A stretch of 49,356 nt of DNA from positions 1 through 49,356 of the forward strand of contig JAHBMJ010000383.1 in the NCBI GenBank assembly GCA_018398765.1, written 5' to 3'. The stretch comes from Chromera velia. Lineage: Eukaryota. The notes below the pieces were generated by a model. It saw only the letters and a program-made list of their open reading frames with translations, did not search any database and was not told the DNA's origin. A program made the position numbers and the translations under genes. Below, piece after piece: positions 29,401-39,988 of the stretch. Position 1 is the stretch's first letter; each line of letters begins with the position of its first letter.

Positions 29401-30871
29401 GGTACGTGTTCGACCTGACCAACTACGTGTCCAAGCACACTGGTGGGTCGGGATCCATCACCTCTGCCTGTGGGACAGACGCGTCGTCCAGCTTCAATAA
29501 GAACCACAAAGTCGGGTACATGACCACTCTCTACGTCAAGTCAGTCTAGACTGACTGAGCTTAGAACAAAATTGGGGTAGGGGACAAAGAGTGAGTGCTC
29601 TGGAGAGAGGATGTGCATTGTTTCCCTTCCCATGTTGTTAGGCCACTGAATGAACCAACTGTTCCCCTTCGAGAGAGACACTTAAGTGAAGTGAGAGAGT
29701 GCAGCAGCTTGTATGGGCTCCGTGTAGAGACTCTCAATGCCGAAACATCAATCGTTCCCCGCAGTATGTGCATGCATGGCGAGACATGCAATCAATGACA
29801 ATTATACACGCACATCACGTGCATGCGCGCCCAGGCGGAGTAGCACGTTCCCATCTGAGTCAATGAATGGTAGTACAGGAGCACTTAGCACAAAGCACAT
29901 TCATATGAATATTGATTGAGACACCAGGAGTCGAATGTGAATGCTTCAGCTCTCGCCACAGTTTTCGTGAAGAGTGAAAACTCTAACAAACTTGACTCAT
30001 TGCCCACGTTAAAAAACAAAGACTGAGGGGGATGGACCATCGAGAGAAGGCGCTGTAAAAGGACACGATGCTGTCCGAAGAAGCGGGACAGCTAGCTGCA
30101 ATAAAAGGCACCCACTCTCTTCTTGTTCAGTCTCAATTTACGAGAGAGAAAGAGTTGTTCTTACATCATACACATTTGTGGAGGTCTGCTTGTGTGGTTG
30201 CATGCAGAGGAATGCCCGTCAAAGGATCCCTCAGCTCTGCTGTCCCAACGCCCTCCCTAGGCAACGCCAACTACCCTGCTGTAAGCGCAGACGAACTGGC
30301 CCAACACAACACGGCTTCCAACTGCTGGGTGGCAATTCATGGGTAGGCAGTTGCCACGGACCGCTCTTAATTGTCTTTTGAGCAACAAGTCTTAGAAGAC
30401 AGTCTACGTAATTGTCTGAGCCCCCCGTCTGCATATTGTCTGGCAGCGCTATTTTGGAATTGATCGATCGAATGGTTGGCTGCCTACACTTTGTCCCATG
30501 CGAGTCTAGGCCATATGAAGATCTTGAGATGAACTTTTCTTTCTACAGTGAGTGATCTTTGGTTGAATGTTCTTTGCTTGCAGGTACGTCCTCGATGTCA
30601 CTGGGTTCCTCAACCGACACACAGGAGGAGCTTCAACAATTACACCCTCCTGTGGCGCAGATGGAAGCGCATCTTTTGACGGGGCAGGACACCCAGAGGT
30701 ACCTGCACCTTCCTCCTTCTTTCCTTCCTTTTTCCTCTCTTCTTTCCTTCCTTCCTTCCTTCCTTCCTTCCCTCCTTCCTGCCTTCTTTCTTCCTTCCCT
30801 CCTTCCATACTTTCTTTCTTTCTTTCTCTCTTGTGTGTGTATGTGTGTGTGTGTATGTATGTGTGTGAAAG

Positions 30872-30904
<33 letters not shown>

Positions 30905-33900
30905 GATGGAAAGAGAGAGAGAGAGAGGTACCGCGACTACATTCATGTGCTTCCCATGCCATTCTCCCCCCCCAAATGTCTTTGCTTCATCATGCATGCA
31001 TGCAGTCCTATCTCGCAACGATGGTCAACAACGGCCATGCTACCATCTTTCCTTTCATACAGAATTCTTTTTCATGCAAGTAAAAGCAAATCCTGTATGA
31101 AAGTAAATGCAGTCCTATCTCGCAACGATGGTCAACAACGGCCATGCTACCATCAAGGGGTGTCTTGGGGGAGCGTGTGGCAGTTCCGGTACAGACGGAG
31201 GCACCACTGACGGTGGCGGAGGCACAGACGGTACGACCCGTGAGTGCACTGCGTCCGAGCCCCAACCGCCTGCTGACGTCATCATCGACTCCAAAGAATT
31301 GGCCACTCACAACAGCGCTGCAGACTGCTGGCAGGCAATTGGTTGCGGGGTTTACGATGTCACTGCTTACTCGCACTCAGGCGGACAGGGCTTCATCACA
31401 GCCAAGTGCGGCAAAGACGCACATGCTTCATTCTCCGGAAAACACCCAATGACCTACCTCCAGGTACATCAGTGCGTCAGCCTTCCGCTCCCTCTTTCCT
31501 CCTCAGGCGTAGAAGTTCTTTTGCGCATGTTTGCCTCTTTACTGAGGCTGTTGCGCTCTAGCTGGCTAAAGAAACAGACAGACGACTTCGTGCACTCTTT
31601 CCACTCCTTTCTCTTCCTTATTGGGCGAACTGTTCTGTGCGCAGACTTTAGATGGACGGAATCTGTTTGCTTATTTCTTAGTTCTACTTGCGCTTTCTAG
31701 TGGCACTTTTCTGCTTCTGCACGAAAAGAAAGATGGAAGGAGGGACGGTCGAATTGCCTGTCCGACTCCGTCTCTCTACCTGTCCTCCGCAGGTGCTTCT
31801 TGACAAGGGCGCTATATTGAAGGGGAAAGCACAAACTAACACAGATGGAGGAGTGGACAGGCGCACGCCCATTTCCGCATCGGAACTCGCAAAGCACAAC
31901 AAAGCAAACGACTGCTGGAGCTGCATCAATGCGTGCGTCAATGAATGATTTGGGGGACACAGTGTCGGGCGGTGCCAGGAAGAAACTGCGATCGTGCTCT
32001 TACTGACCAATTGCCACCCAAATTACTTTCTTGTCCCTTTACATTTGGGGCATTTCTGTATGAAGTCCATTCTACTTCGTCGTTCCTGTTTCCCTCTTGA
32101 CCCCAACATGGACCGCTGCATGTGAATCAGTCAGACAGCTCGAGTCTATCACCCCTCGGTCGATCCACTTGAGGGAGGGAGGGAGGGAGAGAGTTTCCAG
32201 TCGATCGTGTCTCCCATGCATCCCTTATTCCATCCAACTTGAATCTCTTATTCCATCCAACTTGAATCCCTTATTCTATCCAACTTGAATCTCTTATTCC
32301 ATCCAACTTGAATCTCTTATTCCATCCAACTTGAATCCCTTATTCCATCCAACTTGAATCCCTTATTCCATCCAACTTGAATCCATTATTCCAGCCAATT
32401 TGAACAAACACGAACGCATTCACCTGAATGACACCACAACATGAACGCAGGCAAGTCTACAACCTGACCAACTTCCACGCCGACCACGATGCCGGGTCTG
32501 CCGTTGTCCTTCCGATGTGCGGGGAGGAGTCCACTCTTTCCTACCTCAGGGCTCATGACATGGCGTCCCTCGACGGTATACAGATTGAAGGAAGCTGTAA
32601 TCGGGTGGCTGAATATGTCAGTCGAGCAGCTGCGTGGCATGGCTTCATTGTCGCACAAGGATTTGTCAAACAAGTGAAGTGTAGTTGGGAGTTGTCGTTT
32701 CCTGTTGGAGTTTCTTATGTGCATGTTCGTGTTCTGAATTCGTCTTCTGTATTTCCAAAGCAACTCCCAAACCCCTTTATGCGTCTTCCTTTCCCTCTCT
32801 TACCTGTGCATGCGCAACCAAAACCACTGATCCTGAGAATAGAATGGAATGGGTGGCTGCGTGTTTGCCATTTGCATGCTTGGTTGCTCGCAGAACCCGA
32901 TCAAAATCATGATGTTTTCCAAAACTCTTTCTCTGCATGTTTGTGCATCCGTCTCTCTGTCTGCGTGCAGGCATTCATGATCCAGATGGTTCTCGACGGA
33001 GTCGCCCTCTTTGCCTTCATAATCGTTCCCATCATCTGTGCGTATGCGGCAAAGTATTGGTTCTCGGTCCGCTGGCAGGTTTGTCCGTCCTTCCTTCCTT
33101 GATTGTGGTCGCTCGCGGTAGAGGGGGATGAATGCATCGGGTGTGCACTGTCAAGAACGTACTTTCGTGAGAAGTAATTGAGACACATAGGGACTGGAAA
33201 ACGCGATAGCGGCTGTACTGTGGCAAGGGAGGAGAGCAAATAAGAAAAAGCATGGGAAAGAAAATGAGACAGTGGATTCGGGGCGCTGCCATCTATCACC
33301 TTCCCGCCTCGACCTGCCATGTTCTTCTTCTTCAGAGTTTTCTTCCTTCTTCACTCCTCTCCCACCTAGATTCCTGCATGGCCTGTCTCGTCTAAGTCCA
33401 CCCTGGTCCAACCCATCATCAGTGTAGTCTCGCCGTGCGCCTGCAGGACAGGTGGCTCCGTCGTCCTCTTGCGGAACCGAAAAAGGGGGCGTGGGGGCAC
33501 ACAATAAATGGGTGAGTGGGTGAGTGAGTGAGCGAGTGAGTGAGTGAGTGGGTGAGTGAGTGGATGAGTGAGTGAGTGAGTGCAAACGCGTACGTGTGAG
33601 TCAGAAAAGGTGTGCGAGAGAGCTCTGTATGCATGTAGCGACATGGCACTTCAAGTTGAACCTTCGGTCTTCGCTCCTGGGGGGTGTCTTCCCAGCGGTT
33701 AGACTGAGCTTGCCCAGGAAGGAGACCTGCCTCAAATGCGTTCAACGACCCCATCTATGCACTATCAAGACAAGCCGGGGTTTCCTATCACGCTGAACCC
33801 ACCCAAAGAACGGCAGCCCGCCCATTTGATCAATTTGGCCTTCTTTGGCTGGCATGCGCATCGCTCCCTCTCTAGCTGGAATTCAATCAAAACATCCGAA

Positions 33901-36221
33901 AAATATGATGGACAGTGAGGCGGTCATGTTTGACCAATGAGTTTGGAATATCTCTCCAACAGAACTGACAAACGCAAAAGCATATCGAGCTTCATGGACA
34001 CAAGATGCATTCCTTTCCGTTCAGGTACCTGGAAATGTCCTGGGCACTCTTTTACCTTCTCGTGTACTACTTGGTGATGACCATCGTGTTCATGGCGGTC
34101 TGGGCATATCACTACCTCAAATATTACCCCGTGAGTACCTGTCTGCCCTTAAGTATGCTTATCTGTAATGTCTATCTCTAGCCCTTCCTCTCCCACCTCC
34201 CCTGAGGGAGGACAAGGGGAGGCAGCTTGCAGTTGTCGAGGAGTTTTGTGATTTTTTGCTTCTTTCCTGCATGCACTTTGTTTGTCGGGGGGGGAGCTGC
34301 CAATCTTCCACTACTGCCTAGATTCCACTACTGCAAGGATTTCGCTACTTCATTTGCTCGCTGAGTGTATTACTTTCCTGCAGTCTCTGTTGCTTCGGTT
34401 TTTGCTTGGCTGTGCGAACCTGCCAGAGATAGACAAAATACAATAATGCATGCAATGCATATGCAAAAACAAATGTAAGAGCATCTCTAGATTTAAGGAA
34501 GAAAATTCGTTGACGAAATCGCCTTTGATGGATCCTGCAGGACGAGTACAAAATTGGCGGAGCTGCGGGGAGAAACGCTGTGTATCACATCTGTCTGGCG
34601 ACTTTGATAGGGACTCGCAGATTCACCTGGTCGTGGTGGCTACTCAGACTCCCATACGAGAGGGCTCTGAAGACACACTACGTGGTTGGTTGGTTGGTTT
34701 CCTTGCTTGTCTTCTGTCAATTATTTTTCTTCTGGAGCAGAGATTCCTCAACATACAGTGCACCATTTTATGCGGGCGGAAAGGCGGGAAGACGGGCGGA
34801 AATGTCTGACTGAACCTGTCATCAAAACATACGGATGCACAAAATGAACGTTTCTACATCACGGGCTTTACACACAAAATCAAAGTCTGTTGCGTTGTGC
34901 GTACATCGAAATAAATTTGCTGCTCCTTTCTTTTGCTTTGTTTGTTTCTTGCACATGTACTTTCGCTGCTGACCCATGAACATGCCCCCCCTTTTCATCT
35001 TACTTGAGATGATTGCGAAGGCGGTCAGTTTCATTTCCCCGCTGAGCTGCTGCCGTCCTCCCTCTATCCATCTATCCATGCATCCATCCGTCCATCCACG
35101 TCTCAGGTCGGAAAGGTTGCTGTCCTCTTTGTCCTCATGCACGGTCTTGACTATTTGATCGTGTTCGAAGGGACGCTTCCGGAGACGGTGGCCGTCTCCG
35201 CCTGGTACTTGCTGATCACGACCATTGTCGTGGGCGTCTTCACTGTGCCCAACATCAGAGTCCACTGGTCAGTCAGTCAGTCAGACAGACAGACAGTAAG
35301 TGAGTGGGACAACTCAACTCATCAAGCCACATACCTTCCTTTGAATCAATTAGCACGCATGAACACGCACTTTTGCTTGTGCGAAGGTCCCGATCATATG
35401 CATATGAAATGACGGGAAAAGTGTGTTATCGATACTTCTCTTTGTATGGGTATGTAGATAACATCAACGACCTAACAAGCCCCGTATAGCAAGCAGAAAG
35501 AGAGGAGGCGCTCAATGGCTGAGGGCTCTCCCAAGTGGATTTCTTTCATGATGGCATTCTAAGCATGCATGTGTTCGCTACTGTTCAAGTTCAGCCCGGA
35601 ATCTCCAAGTTGGCTTTCCAGGCGAGACCTGTAAGAAGAAAGTGCAAGCAAAAAAAGAAACAAGGGAAGCAACAAACAAGCAGGTATCAGCGAAGGAGAG
35701 CAGAAAAGAATGCGAGAAAGAGAGACGGCCCACAAAAATGAAGAAAAAGGAAAGAAGGCAGACCGGTTAGCGAGCGAATGGACAGCGGAAACAGTTGCCC
35801 GCTGCTCATTGGTGAACTCCTTCAAGTTTTTTCTTGTCTCTCTCTTAGATATTCGAAAGAGGCGAAACACGGTCTGGTCCGACTGATCGATCCATGCGGA
35901 GGCAAATTCAGTGCTCGACTGTAGAAGAGAAGAAAACCCCCCGAGTGATGCAGAATCCTCCCTTCTCTTTTTTTTTCTGCCTCTCCTTCTAAGTCTCTTG
36001 AGAAGAGGAAAAAGACAAAAGGAAACCGAAAGGCCTGTTGTAGACTTATTCATTCCACTTGAGGTGAACAAAAACGACCAGCAGTTTTTTATTTGGTGAT
36101 CGGAAACCAATGTCTTCCTCTTCTCTGTCAGAGAGCCCTGAACCATATCTCGATCGATCGCGCAAGAAACAGACAGAATACGCTTCGACTTCTCTTCGGC
36201 AATGGCGCGTGTGTGTGTTTA

Positions 36222-36270
<49 letters not shown>

Positions 36271-36929
36271 ACGTGTGTGTGTGTGTGTTGTTTGGTTGGT
36301 TGCAGGTATGGTATTTTTCGCGTCTCTCACTATCTGGCTCCCCTCATTGTGATCATTCTCCTTCTTCATCTGGCTGGTCTCTCAGCAGAGGGCGTACTTG
36401 CCCCCGGGTTCTATCTGACTATTGTATGGACGGCAGTCGCAGCAGGATTTTGGGTGTTTGACTATCTCCAGATGAGCATAGACGCCTACCTGTATCCTGT
36501 GAAGGTCACCGAACCTCCTGTACTGATACCGGCGGAGGGGGACGCAGCGTATGTCTGCTTTGTCGTCTCAAAGACAACCAAACTCTTCTGGGGCTGTTGG
36601 ATGTCTGTCGCCTCGACCCTCGCAGGATCGACGCTTTCTCATCCGTTCACGACTATTGTTAAGAAAACAGGAAAGGAAGCAGGTGAGTCAATGAGAACCT
36701 GAGGAAAATAAGGGGGTATCAGAGCCAAGAAGTCTACGCAGACGAGCATCGTTTGCCCCACTTTCCATTGTGATTCTTTTTTTTGTCTGTCTGTTTCTCT
36801 GTCTGCCATTTTCTCTCTCTTCCTCTTTCCTTGTCTCCGAGTCTCTCTGCCTCACTGTCTCTCTGTTTCTCTGTCACTCTATCTCTGTCTCTCTTCCTGT
36901 CTCTGTCTCTGTCTCTGTCTCTGTCTCTT

Positions 36930-37003
<74 letters not shown>

Positions 37004-37048
37004 CGATCTCTCATTTCTCTCTTTCTCTTTCTCTCTCTCTTTCTCTCT

Positions 37049-37082
<34 letters not shown>

Positions 37083-37712
37083 CTTTCTCTGCGTATGTCA
37101 GTACCAGTATGGGCCTCCTTCCCCCCCTCTGTCCCTTTGTCCATCCAACGATTCGTCCATCCTTTCCCATTTGTGTGTGTACTTCTTTCCTCATGCAATT
37201 TCCTCTGCTGGTTAATTTCCATGCATGAAAGCAGGCGAGAAGGCTCTAATGGAATTCGTCCTGAAGGTCCAGCCGGGACTTTCGTGGACTGCGCGGCTGT
37301 ACAGGGCGATCGAGAAGAGACAGCAGTCGGAGAAGGGTGAAAACTCTCTTGTCGGACAGACAAGCTGTCAGTCAGCGAGTGAGAAATGAGTCAGCAAGTG
37401 AGAGAGTGAGTGAGTGAGTGAGTGAGTAGGACACTTCCATCGCTACATTGATTCAGATCATAGCTGGGGAGAAAAGTGACAAAAAGCACAATCCGCAAAG
37501 CTCTGCCTCTTCACAGCTACAGGGAAGAAGGACAGCTGCAGAAATAATGAGAGTTCAGTGAGTGAGTGAGCAGGACACTTCCATCGCTACATTGATTCAG
37601 ATCATAGCTGGGGAGAAAAGTGACAAAAAGCACAATCCGCAAAGCTCTGCCTCTTCACAGCTACAGGGAAGAAGGACAGCTGCAGAAATACAACGCGATT
37701 TTAGTCGAGAGA

Positions 37713-37761
<49 letters not shown>

Positions 37762-39925
37762 TCTCTCCTTCCGCTCTTTCTTCGATATGCAGGCTGTCCA
37801 TGGCTCTACGTGACTGGCCCCTTTGGTGGCGGTTTGGCGGCGTTTGGCGACTTGAAATACTTTAGCACAATGGTTTTCGTCTCGGCAGGAGTGGGTGTCA
37901 CCCCTGTAGCTTCAATGGTCAGTCAATTGTTGTCATCTCACCCCTGTAGCTTCAATGGTCAGTCAATTGTTGTCATGTCACCCCTGTAGCTTCAATGGTC
38001 AGTCAATTGTTGTCATGTCACCCCTGTAGCTTCAATGATCAGTCAATTGTTGTCATGTCACCCCTGTAGCTTCAATGGTCAGTCAATTGTTGTCATGCAC
38101 ACCCTCACATTTACAAGGTATTCATATGAAGTCGGCTTTGAAGCCACCAACAAGGCCCTAGTGTCTCTGTATGTACATGTGTCTGCCTGTATGTTTTATC
38201 CACACTTCCTGGTATCCCACCGGATGCACACGTGTGTGCCAGTTTGTATCTCTCATCGGCAAGATCGATGAGACTGCGCATCGTAGCCTCCTGGCCTGCC
38301 TGCCTGTCTGCCTGCCTGCCTGATTGCCTGCCTGCCTGCCTGCCTGCCTGCCTCCTGTCTGTCTACCTGCCTGCCTGTCTGTCTACCTGCCTGCCTGCCT
38401 GTCTACCTGCCGGCCTGCATGCATGCCTGCCTGCACGTCTTTCAAAGGAACTTCCCCGTCGATTCAAATGCCCTCGCTGAGGGGACTCTGGTGTGCATGT
38501 GTGTGGGTCTGTCTGTCTGTCTGTGTGCATCTCTCTCACCCTCGGTCAAGGCTGCAGGTGCCTCTGTTTTCTGGACGGAAGGACAAGAAGGTCCACGTAG
38601 TGTGGTCGTTCCGGTCTCTGGGCCTTTTCCGACGCATCGCACCTTACTTCCAGGACATCCCAGCGGAGTCCTGCCATTTTCACTACACGATGCGGAAGGG
38701 AAAGGGGGAAAATGAGGCTCAGCAGGCGGAGGGATCGGGAGGAGAGTGGGCTCTCTCGGTTGGTTGCTGATTGGCAGGCACATTCGCTGTATTCTTGCAT
38801 TACATCATCCTCCATTCCTTCACTCACTCATTCATTCCTTTATTCATTCTATGCTGTTGACTGTTTGAGAGTGCACGTGGAGAGTTCCACGTCATCCAGA
38901 GGGCGCAGAAAAGCTAGCAAGCAGAAGAGAGCCGTCTACATTTTTAGCTGCATAGCACAGTTGGTATGTTTTGAGTTCTCGATCGCCAGTGAGGGAGAAT
39001 GAACAAAAAGGTAGGGTCGGATGATTCCAACAGAAGAAAGTAGCCCCGTATCTCAGTCAGGCTCCCCCCCCTGAAGCGGCCACTGTGCTTCCACGAGCTT
39101 CCGTCTATCAATGCAGCCACAGAAAGCACAGGACGGGGATGAGATGAGGTGAGATCGATTCGGGCACGCTGTTCGCAGGGGAATCGTCAGAATTTCATCT
39201 GAAAGGATTGCTAGCTGCAAATGTGGTACACACCCTTTCGTGTGGGGCTGTGTCGGTTTCCCCTGACTACATTCCGTCCTGCCTCTGTGCAGATTAAGAA
39301 TGGGCGTCCGGACCTCCCGGCCATCTTGAGGGGGGTTCGAGAGCAGGTGTCCGGAGACAACAAGTAAGTAAGTAAGTAAGTAAGTGAGTGAGTAAGTAGC
39401 CGTCTGACCGCACAAATGTCTGATCAGCAGAACTGAGCAAGCTACCAACGCTGAGTGACATCGACCCATGCCGATCAACCGATCAATGTATCGAGTCACC
39501 GTCGGATGCCCGACAGTTCAACGAGAGCAACCGAAGCGCATGCAGGGAAACTGTGCGACCCACAGATACAGACATCAAGTGACCTGAATAAATTTTTGCC
39601 TGTGTACGTTGCAGCTCTTCCTCGTGTGCTCGATCAATCCTCCGTCTCCTTTTGTACATTTCTGGACACCCCTCTCTGATGCACACAGCCAATCAATCTC
39701 TGACCCAAAGATATTCTCTGTCTGTCTGTCTGTCTGTCTGTCTTTCTGTCAAGCATCCGATTTATCATGGCATCATGGCATGCGTGCAGATGGGACGTCG
39801 GGGTTTTTGTGTGCGGTCCCGACGCGATGGTCTGCGATGTTCTGCGCACAACGAGCCAGTTGAACAAGGAGCTCAATGGACAGGGTCTATATTTCCACAC
39901 TCACTCAGAGAGCTTTCAAATGTGA
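21061..39925 (+). CDS. Membrane flavocytochrome: signal peptide + 10 cytochrome b5-like heme domains + ferric reductase (FRD/NOX-family) TM, FAD and NAD(P)H domains; ~1,674 aa, ~30 exons
   Basis: Manual GT-AG model with consistent phases: 21061-21813, 22120-22217, 22595-22727, 23638-23777, 24993-25257, 25543-25732, 26033-26124, 26535-26579, 26957-27025, 27580-27714, 27966-28121, 28395-28599, 28943-29015, 29402-29539, 30208-30342, 30584-30698, 31113-31463, 31793-31932, 32451-32616, 32971-33078, 33447-33511, 34025-34130, 34541-34684, 35107-35267, 36306-36682, 37235-37366 (or -37336), 37793-37917, 38558-38758, 39293-39363, 39790-39925; total 5025 nt. Motifs: ten H..xCW...(V)YD...H.G...CG.D...H units; His pairs Hx13H and Hx12[31 protein letters not shown]; terminal HSESF. 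Donors at 34684, 37366 and 38758 are the least certain. Confidence 0.85.
22863..23400. repeat. Assembly gap (13 N) followed by a (CT)n microsatellite with higher-order periodicity
   Basis: N run at 22863-22875; recurring CGCTCT/CCCT/TTTC/CACT interruptions. Lies in intron 3. Confidence 0.95.
23881..24935. repeat. ~1.05-kb imperfect (TTTG)n microsatellite in intron 4
   Basis: Visible in sequence. Confidence 0.97.
32221..32392. repeat. 23-bp minisatellite (C(C/T)CTTATTCCATCCAACTTGAAT), about 7 copies, intronic
   Basis: Visible in sequence. Confidence 0.93.
37428..37690. repeat. Intronic direct duplication of about 120 bp
   Basis: AGGACACTTCCATCGCTACATTG...CTGCAGAAATA occurs twice about 145 bp apart. 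Confidence 0.92.
37897..38097. repeat. 40-bp tandem repeat x5 spanning an exon end and its splice donor
   Basis: Unit GTCACCCCTGTAGCTTCAATG|GTCAGTCAATTGTTGTCAT; the first copy encodes VTPVASM. Confidence 0.93.
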
Positions 39926-39949
39926 ATCAAGAAACAAAAAAAAAGGAAA

Positions 39950-39988
<39 letters not shown>

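Larger units (their letters stand above)
21061..32616 (+). other. Predicted extracellular/luminal region: signal peptide and ten b5-like domains (4, then an insert, then 6)
   Basis: Hydrophobic N-terminus [24 protein letters not shown]. The ten CW motifs are SCWTAL, DCWTAI, DCWTRV, DCWVSV, DCWVAV, DCWMAI, DCWAAI, NCWVAI, DCWQAI and DCWSCI. Confidence 0.85.
32971..39925 (+). other. Ferric-reductase-like transmembrane domain (7 predicted TM helices) plus FAD- and NAD(P)H-binding domains
   Basis: [80 protein letters not shown]-stop. Confidence 0.9.

Noticed and set aside
33370..33446. Upstream acceptor (CTAG at 33369) for exon 21
   Set aside because: That frame hits TAA before the donor; the TGCAG ending at 33446 gives a phase-compatible open exon.
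39033..39148. Additional exon in the NAD(P)H domain
   Set aside because: The only open frame ends in phase 2, which is incompatible with the phase-0 IKNGRPD exon.
32971..39925. Calling the reductase a true superoxide-producing NADPH oxidase
   Set aside because: No EF-hands seen, no extra His after the second TM3 His, and no NOX-type TG motif in TM4 (AVSAW here). A metal-reductase-type member fits better, though the substrate is unproven.
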